Below the pieces are notes generated by a model. It saw only the letters and a program-made list of their open reading frames with translations. It was not told where the DNA came from and did no database searches. Positions 25,617 to 32,000 of a stretch of 32,000 nucleotides of DNA are shown piece after piece (position 1 is the first letter of the stretch; each line of letters opens with the position of its first letter). Source of the stretch: Candidatus Baldrarchaeum yapensis (GTDB lineage Archaea; Asgardarchaeota; Baldrarchaeia; Baldrarchaeales; Baldrarchaeaceae); contig JAEOSH010000008.1 of assembly GCA_016840465.1 (NCBI GenBank), positions 24,981 to 56,980 on the forward strand. The letters run 5' to 3'. Made by a program: the position numbers and the translations under genes.

Positions 25617-27020
25617 ATGGCGGAAAGAGATAGCTTTATTTATAGAATCGAGGAGAGAGAGGTCACATATACAGAACCGAAGGTGCAATTGTTGAGTACG
25701 AAAAGTGATATCGAAAAAATCGGGATAGCGTTGCTATTTGCTATTTCTATAATAGTTCTCATCGCAGTAACACCGACATCAATGGCGGCATACCAATCAG
25801 TAAGTATCGGCGTATCCAAGGGCGATATATGGTCCGTTACTTGTAGAGAATTTTTCGAGGAAGGAAATTGGACCTATACGTACACATATTCGGTTCTTAA
25901 CGTGAACGCCACCTCCGTATGGCTTAACGTAAGCTACAAGTACGAACAAGAGGGCGAGGCAGGCTATTACGATAAGGTGTATAACTTCTCGGAGATCGGG
26001 TATCTGTTGGAATGGAGTCTACTAGAGGGGGAACCACTACCTCTCCTTCCAATCAACTGGTCTCTTGTGAATGAAACTTTAGAGAGCCTGATTGGTAATT
26101 TCGAGGAGCAGAACATAACCATTAACATGTACGAAACGAAAGAACTTCTGGGAGACAAGTACGTGACGGAAATATTGTTTGAAATGCACAAAAATGCAAC
26201 GAACGAAATTGTCCATGCGGTTATGAAGTACAGTAAACACACCGGGATTATCCTAAACTTTCAGAAAACCGCCAGTTATCTGCACGATGATACTTGGTAC
26301 AACTACACAATCATATGGTCATTAAACCCCGATCTGACAACGATCCATTTCTGGGACTTTAAGTATGTAGAAAGTGTTAAGACAAGTACGGCTGTCGCGA
26401 CCACCACTGGAAGCATAGCAGGTGCAGTAGCAGGGATAGCGTCGGTAGCCGTATCATCATTATCAAGCACAGTGGCTGCTACACCATCCGCGGTTGCTAC
26501 ACCATCGATTCCAGTCACTAGCAGTGAAACTGCAGGATATGGCGAGCGCAAACCATCGTTACGCTATCTGAAATACCTATCGAAGTTGCGGAAGCTAATA
26601 AGGAGAAAGAAGAAGACGGAAATAAAACCGCCGACAAATTCTATTCCATTTACGATTTTATGTGCCGCGATGGGGGCATTAGCTGGTGGGGCATCCATCT
26701 TGCTGGTTCCTAGCACAGTATTTGGCACCGTCCCCCTAATTTCAATAATAAGCGCATCAGCGGGATTTGCGCTGGCGGGCGCTGGTATAAGTTTGTTTGT
26801 CAGAAGATATGTTTTCTTCAAGCGAAAGTCATTGCTGTTATCGAAGAGAGAAAAGATAATGTTACTATCGATATTAATCGGAGGAATCTATGGCGCAACG
26901 GCGTGCCCGTTATCATTGTTATCAATATTACAAGCGGCGGTGCCCGTTATCATTCCAATAACGGCACCACTGGCACTGATAGTTCCCTACACGTACATAT
27001 CGCTACAGGAAATCCGCTAA
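25617..27020 (+). CDS. Membrane-anchored surface glycoprotein with a C-terminal multi-TM domain
   Basis: N-terminal TM/signal, extracellular domain with 9 N-x-S/T sequons, Thr/Ala/Ser-rich segment, basic patch, about 4 C-terminal TMs. Confidence 0.75.
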   Translation: MAERDSFIYRIEEREVTYTEPKVQLLSTKSDIEKIGIALLFAISIIVLIAVTPTSMAAYQSVSIGVSKGDIWSVTCREFFEEGNWTYTYTYSVLNVNATSVWLNVSYKYEQEGEAGYYDKVYNFSEIGYLLEWSLLEGEPLPLLPINWSLVNETLESLIGNFEEQNITINMYETKELLGDKYVTEILFEMHKNATNEIVHAVMKYSKHTGIILNFQKTASYLHDDTWYNYTIIWSLNPDLTTIHFWDFKYVESVKTSTAVATTTGSIAGAVAGIASVAVSSLSSTVAATPSAVATPSIPVTSSETAGYGERKPSLRYLKYLSKLRKLIRRKKKTEIKPPTNSIPFTILCAAMGALAGGASILLVPSTVFGTVPLISIISASAGFALAGAGISLFVRRYVFFKRKSLLLSKREKIMLLSILIGGIYGATACPLSLLSILQAAVPVIIPITAPLALIVPYTYISLQEIR

Positions 27021-27108
27021 CTAGAATCCGCACAACTTAATACTCCCTTCCTATTTTTTGTATATCAGAAGCATTATTGCCAAATATGAAGAGTTCTAAG
27101 GTGATCTG

Positions 27109-27864
27109 ATGAAAATAATCGTATGTGGAAAAGGTGGATCGGGCAAAAGCACGGTGGTTGCGCTCCTTGCAAAGGCGTTTGAAAGGTTAGGCAGGCGAGT
27201 TATCGTAATGGACTGCGATGAGTCAAATCCCGGGCTCTATAGATATCTTGGAGTAAAGCAACCCAAGGAGTTGATAGAGTTTCTCGGTGGGAGAAAAGCT
27301 GCACTGGAAAAATTAAATAAGGGATCCGGGCCCACCTTCTTGCACAAAGAATTCTTCACGGAAGAACTGCCACGAGAGTGTATCGAGAAAAAGGGGAACA
27401 TATTTTTGATAACAATCGGAAAAATCCACGACTTCGGTCAGGGATGCGCGTGTCCCATGGGCGCGGTCTCTAGGAAACTGATTAAGAACATTAAACTTAA
27501 AGATAATGAGATCCTGCTTGCTGATACCGATGCCGGAGTCGAGCATTTCGGTAGGGGAGTCGAAGAAGGGTGCGACATCATACTTTTCGTCATAGATCCG
27601 TCCATGGATTCACTCATTCTGGCGCAAAAGGTCGATGAAATATGCCGCCGTTTGGAAAAGAGGCTATTTTATGTTATCAACAGAGCGAATGAAAAAATAG
27701 CAAGGATAATTTTAGAGAAAATGAAAAATAAAAACGTACTCGCTATACTACCCGAGAAAGAAGAAATTCTGATAGCAGGTCTGCACGGAGAAGAACTCAA
27801 GTTGAAATATCTCGAAGAGATAATTGATATTGCAGACAAACTCCTGAAACTCATCCATCACTAA
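27109..27864 (+). CDS. cooC: CooC-like nickel-insertion ATPase (MinD/ParA class)
   Basis: GKGGSGKS, DCDESNPGL, GCACPMG (Ni-binding CxC), DTDAGVEHFGRG. Confidence 0.85.
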   Translation: MKIIVCGKGGSGKSTVVALLAKAFERLGRRVIVMDCDESNPGLYRYLGVKQPKELIEFLGGRKAALEKLNKGSGPTFLHKEFFTEELPRECIEKKGNIFLITIGKIHDFGQGCACPMGAVSRKLIKNIKLKDNEILLADTDAGVEHFGRGVEEGCDIILFVIDPSMDSLILAQKVDEICRRLEKRLFYVINRANEKIARIILEKMKNKNVLAILPEKEEILIAGLHGEELKLKYLEEIIDIADKLLKLIHH

Positions 27865-27954
27865 TGAGATTAGCGGATCGTAAAGTCTAAAAACGTTGTG
27901 CCTAATGCCCGATGGAATAAAACCTCACAGCCGTTAGACGGAGGTGGGGGTCTT

Positions 27955-28989
27955 ATGGGCTGTAAGATGGTAGAACAGGGATTTGAACGTGGGGCTTGTG
28001 AAACGTTAATGCCCGATGGATCCTTACTTCCCGCATGTAAAGCGACTCTGAAAAAAGAGGGAAACATGTGGTATAGGTTGGTAGAAGCGGCGCATCTGAG
28101 CAGGCCTGAGCATTATTTTAGTATCTACATGAGCGGATGCAATCATCATTGTCTCAAGTGCCATTCTGCCGAGTTTACAAAAAGATATAGCGGCACGTGG
28201 ATGTCCACTGAGGAAATAGCACTTCTCGTTGCTGAATACCAAGAGCAAGTCACGGTATACGAGCCGCGTGAAAGGGCAACTATGTGGCATGCGACCGATT
28301 TATGCCACTGCTGTGGAATGTGTGTCATCGAAGGGAGAAGAGGACCCCTATGTCCTGGAGTCCTGAGCCCCGATCAGGTGATTCTGAGTCCGCAGGGTTA
28401 TGGACCTGCAAGGAACATTTGCGCCTTCACTGGCGGTGATCTTGCATGTCAAGTGGAGTTTTACGCTCAATTGACCGAGATGATAAAAGATCACTGTAAA
28501 AACATGTGGGTATTATTTGAGACGAATGGATACGGTCTTACACCGCAAAATCTAGATGTGCTGAAAAGCGCTGGTGTCGATGCGTTTTGGCTTGATATCA
28601 AGGCATATAGCGAGGAAGTATACAGGAAACTATGTGGAACATCTAACAAAACAGTCTTACAATCACCCGCTGAGATACTGGATAGAGGATTCGTTCTCGA
28701 GGTTCTCAGCCTTTACATACCCGGCTGGGTCGAGATTGCGGAACTCGAAAAAATAGCACATCACCTAGCTGAGATCGATCCCAAGATTCCTTTCACATTG
28801 CTTGCATTCTTTCCTGCATATAAACTAAAAAACGTGAGGCCACCTACGCTCTACGAGATGTTAACTGCATACTTTACGGTAACTAGGTATTTAAAGAACG
28901 TCAAAATTGGGAATTGCCACGTCTTCGCTCGGACGGAGAAAGATTGGGAGATACTGATATCCGCAGTTGGAAAAAATGCAATAGGCTGA
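27955..28989 (+). CDS. Radical SAM protein (PflA/activase-like) with an extra Cys cluster
   Basis: GCNHHCLKCH (CxxxCxxC), CHCCGMC..C insert, FTGGD, ETNG, DIKA. ATG 27955 follows GGAGGTG. Confidence 0.88.
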   Translation: MGCKMVEQGFERGACETLMPDGSLLPACKATLKKEGNMWYRLVEAAHLSRPEHYFSIYMSGCNHHCLKCHSAEFTKRYSGTWMSTEEIALLVAEYQEQVTVYEPRERATMWHATDLCHCCGMCVIEGRRGPLCPGVLSPDQVILSPQGYGPARNICAFTGGDLACQVEFYAQLTEMIKDHCKNMWVLFETNGYGLTPQNLDVLKSAGVDAFWLDIKAYSEEVYRKLCGTSNKTVLQSPAEILDRGFVLEVLSLYIPGWVEIAELEKIAHHLAEIDPKIPFTLLAFFPAYKLKNVRPPTLYEMLTAYFTVTRYLKNVKIGNCHVFARTEKDWEILISAVGKNAIG

Positions 28990-28994
28990 CCACG

Positions 28995-29780
28995 TCACCC
29001 CATCGTCAGTTTTCTGAAGAAGAATATCGATATTTCAAGCAGCACAAGTGTTATTACTACTAATATGACGAAATACTGTAACGCCTGCATACCCGATAGA
29101 GAAGACACGGATGGAACCAAAAAGTACCTTGCAAGCTCTGCTCCATATGTTAAGGGATTCAACATCGCCGCGGTCCTCATCCAGAAGTCCATAGAGTCTA
29201 TTGGGTAAAATATGCTACTCAGGAACATCAGAGGCATTATTGAGAGCATCATGACCAGTTGGAACGTTTCTAAGTTACGAATATGCATCGCTATCAGGGT
29301 GCCAAGGGATGTAAAGCATAACGCTATTAAGAAAGCTACTGCCGTGACAAAGAGGATCCCTATGACGTTTATCGATGGAACAAAGAAGTATACTGCAACC
29401 AAAATTATAAAAGAATTCAAAAGAGCCAATGTCGCATCTCCTAAACATCGACCTATGAGTGATGCCGCGCGCGGCGCTGGCGCCACAAGAATCTCCTTAA
29501 AATAGCCGAACTCCTTATCCCATATTAGTGAGGCTCCCGCCTGAAACCCTACAACAAATGCAGCCATCATAACAACGCCTGGAGCCAAGAACGCAAGGTA
29601 ATCGAATCCCATTGGTGTTGCGAACCTTCTGAATCCCACACCGAATAATGCAAGCCACATTATCGGTTGTACGATGCTACTTACAACTCTGGCCTTCATG
29701 TTCAAAAATCTCTTGACCTGCCGATACCACATCGCATATATTACTCTAAAATGCCTAGAAACGTTTACCTGGCGCGCCAT
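28995..29780 (-). CDS. ABC-2 type transporter permease
   Basis: YLAFLAPG, EFGYFKEILVAP, FLSSIFYP, LNPLTY; 6 TM. Confidence 0.92.
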   Translation of the reverse strand: MARQVNVSRHFRVIYAMWYRQVKRFLNMKARVVSSIVQPIMWLALFGVGFRRFATPMGFDYLAFLAPGVVMMAAFVVGFQAGASLIWDKEFGYFKEILVAPAPRAASLIGRCLGDATLALLNSFIILVAVYFFVPSINVIGILFVTAVAFLIALCFTSLGTLIAMHIRNLETFQLVMMLSIMPLMFLSSIFYPIDSMDFWMRTAAMLNPLTYGAELARYFLVPSVSSLSGMQALQYFVILVVITLVLLEISIFFFRKLTMG

Positions 29781-30781
29781 CGTCGCATCATCTCCCTTAT
29801 GCGTTCAAAGGATCCAATCCTTTCATCTCGCAAACTTCTCCCAGTAAGGTGAATGAAAACGTCATCAAGTGTAGGAGTACTGTATCTAACCTCAGCGACT
29901 TTCACTCCTGCCCTCTGCGCAAGTTCCAGAATAACTGGCATTTCCGCGGATGCTCTTTTTACATTTACAAAGACAACTCCATCGCGATCTAACATCTTAG
30001 CCGAATATCCCTGCTTTTCCAGATGTTGCTTTAATAGCAGCGCGTCCATTGGTGTATTTGTTCTTACATAAATGATTTCACCGGAAATCATCGATTTAAG
30101 TTCTTGAGGAGACCCCATGGCGATTATTTTTCCGTGGTCTATTATCGCTATACGGTCACAAAGTCTATCCGCTTCGTCCATGTAATGGGTCGTCAGAAAT
30201 ATTGTCATCTTTTTCTTCCTCTTCAAATCAAGCAAGTACTCCCATATGTGAAGTCTAGCTTGGGGATCAAGCCCCAGTGTCGGTTCATCTAGGAAAAGAA
30301 CCTCAGGTTCATTCAAAAGTGCTCTCGCAATCTCGAGTCTTCGAGTCATTCCGCCACTATAATATTTCACCAACACATTTGCCCATTCTTCCAACTCCAC
30401 AAATTTCAACAACTCTCGTATTTTATTTTCAAGAGCGTCATTATTTATTCCGTAAACGAGGCCATGCACTTTAAGGTTGTCCCATCCACTCAAATAACCA
30501 TCTACAGTCCTGTCTTGAAAGACAACACCTATCCTTTCCCTAACCTTGTTAGGTTCCTTTAAGATATCATGCCCGCAGACGCTTGCAGTTCCCTCGTCTG
30601 GTCTTAAAAGCGTTATGAGCATGTTTATTGTAGTTGTCTTTCCGGCGCCATTTGGCCCTAAAAATCCGAAAATTTCCCCTTCATAAACCTCGAAAGAAAT
30701 GTGGTCCACCGCGGTTATTTTCCCAAATCTTTTTGTCAGATTATCACTAACCACAATCTCATTCATACACATCACCGTCAT
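29765..30781 (-). CDS. ABC transporter ATP-binding protein (DrrA-like)
   Basis: GPNGAGKTT, YSGGM, FLDEPT.GLD, TTHY, PTLDDVFI.LTG. Confidence 0.93.
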   Translation of the reverse strand: MTVMCMNEIVVSDNLTKRFGKITAVDHISFEVYEGEIFGFLGPNGAGKTTTINMLITLLRPDEGTASVCGHDILKEPNKVRERIGVVFQDRTVDGYLSGWDNLKVHGLVYGINNDALENKIRELLKFVELEEWANVLVKYYSGGMTRRLEIARALLNEPEVLFLDEPTLGLDPQARLHIWEYLLDLKRKKKMTIFLTTHYMDEADRLCDRIAIIDHGKIIAMGSPQELKSMISGEIIYVRTNTPMDALLLKQHLEKQGYSAKMLDRDGVVFVNVKRASAEMPVILELAQRAGVKVAEVRYSTPTLDDVFIHLTGRSLRDERIGSFERIREMMRRWRAR

Positions 30782-31977
30782 TCGTATCTTAATGCGACCA
30801 CTGGATCCAGTCTAGAAGCGCGCCACGAAGGATAAAATCCGGCGATGGCACTTAATACTACACATAACACCCATGTTCCTACGAAGGCTTTCAGCGTGAA
30901 TATTGGCTGTACACCCGATAAGAAATTAGAAGATACAAAAAGTGTTAGAACTTTAGTTAATCCGATCCCGAACACCAGACCAATACCTCCACCTACACTT
31001 CCAATAATTATGGCTTCGAATAGGAACAGAAGAAGGATATCTCTTTCACGGAATCCTATAGACTTCAGAATTCCTATTTCTCTAACTCGCTCTAACACGG
31101 AGGTCCATAGCGTCGTTATTATTCCCACGGACGCAACAAGTAACGATATTGCTGCAACCTCAAGTACAAAGAAGGATACCGCATTGCTGACATCGCGGAT
31201 GGTGTCTATTATCGATTTCGGGGATAATACTGCGACATTGTACCTTTCCTTAAGGACTTCCATGATTTTATCGTTGTAAGCAGGGTCTTCAGTTATCACG
31301 TAAATACCATCATACTTTCCGCCTCTCTCAAAGAAAGAATTTGCCGCAGACAACGAAATAAAGGCCATTTTGTCTATCGGGATAATTCCGCTACCAATAT
31401 AATCTAGTATTCCACGAACGCAGAAACTCTTCTTCTTTACAATTTGCTTCCCCTCATAGTATATCGAGTACTCGAGTCTCACCGTTTGTCCAACCTCGGC
31501 AAACACTTTGCCCCCGGGCAAATATGCAACTAGATTCCCGAGCAGGATTCCAATGTTGTCTGTTGGTTGTACAATGCTTCCCTCCTTTACTGATAACTTA
31601 GGGAGTATCAAATTCAACTTTGTTTGATCAATCCCAATAACCGGTATCGACTGTGACTCCCCACGCGACTCTATCGTAACAATCTGCTGGATATATGGTA
31701 TTGCGTCCTTGACACCCTCTATTTGCTTAACCTCCGATACTATTTTATCTGTTATCTCAAAATCTGCTGACTGCGGCGTTACCACTATCAGGTTCATTCC
31801 AAGTAATGAGAACTGTTCGTCTATATATGTCAGAGTCCCCGTACTTAATGCATCAACCGCAACTAACAATCCGCATCCTATCACCACCATAAGTATCGTC
31901 AGGGAGGCCCTTAACTTCCTTTCACGCAAGGCCTCAAGCGAAAGCGACATCAGCGAAAGAATTTTTCCTCCTATCAT
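30778..31977 (-). CDS. MacB/FtsX-family ABC permease
   Basis: LR..LTILMVVIG, large extracytoplasmic loop, VLERVREIGILKSIG, YPSWRASRLDPVVALRYE. ATGA overlap with the downstream ATPase. Confidence 0.92.
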   Translation of the reverse strand: MIGGKILSLMSLSLEALRERKLRASLTILMVVIGCGLLVAVDALSTGTLTYIDEQFSLLGMNLIVVTPQSADFEITDKIVSEVKQIEGVKDAIPYIQQIVTIESRGESQSIPVIGIDQTKLNLILPKLSVKEGSIVQPTDNIGILLGNLVAYLPGGKVFAEVGQTVRLEYSIYYEGKQIVKKKSFCVRGILDYIGSGIIPIDKMAFISLSAANSFFERGGKYDGIYVITEDPAYNDKIMEVLKERYNVAVLSPKSIIDTIRDVSNAVSFFVLEVAAISLLVASVGIITTLWTSVLERVREIGILKSIGFRERDILLLFLFEAIIIGSVGGGIGLVFGIGLTKVLTLFVSSNFLSGVQPIFTLKAFVGTWVLCVVLSAIAGFYPSWRASRLDPVVALRYE

Positions 31978-32000
31978 TATGCTCCGCCTCCCACCATCCT
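31977..32000 (-). CDS. Possible 3' end of an upstream translationally coupled CDS (partial)
   Basis: Frame RMVGGGA* ends in TAA overlapping the permease ATG (TAATG); it could also be only the RBS region. Confidence 0.3.
   Translation of the reverse strand, partial: RMVGGGA

Noticed and set aside
1-32000. tRNA, rRNA, RNase P/SRP RNA and CRISPR arrays
   Set aside because: No T-loop/cloverleaf, conserved RNase P or SRP motifs, or regularly spaced repeats were found by eye; a covariance-model scan would be needed to exclude them fully.

Overview
Gene-dense archaeal window with about 28 CDS, Shine-Dalgarno motifs (GGAGG/GAGGTG), frequent TTG/GTG starts and TATA/BRE-like promoters. The lineage is inferred, not shown: the membrane-protein families and eukaryote-like domains suggest an Asgard-type, probably thermophilic archaeon. 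Routine genes are deoC, a DUF1998 SF2 helicase, a TIM-barrel isomerase/endonuclease, GDPD, thiolase, a GH130-like glycosidase, a stand-alone LigD 3'-phosphoesterase, an HDAC-family protein, DUF126, a HerA-like ATPase, a DUF362 Fe-S protein, an amidohydrolase, nagA, a CooC-like ATPase, a radical SAM protein and ABC transporters. Two elements are missing from the ORF track. One is a double-guide box C/D sRNA at about 13905-13966 whose guides match recalled 16S rRNA consensus sites. The other is a decayed IS4/ISH3-like element at 7948-8779 with perfect 14-bp terminal inverted repeats. The best leads are a soluble protein with an adaptin mu-homology-like N-terminus coupled to a probably inactive glycosidase-fold protein (19963-22760), a stand-alone primase PriL Fe-S-domain-like protein next to a helicase with altered Walker A and B motifs, and a divergent ASCH / OB-Zn-GNAT-ABC pair. 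Also notable are an HDAC with a class-IIa-like Tyr->His change, a HerA-coiled-coil-wHTH protein and DeoC with a Cys4 tail. All homology calls come from motif recognition and recalled sequences; no searches were run. No tRNA, rRNA or CRISPR array was seen.
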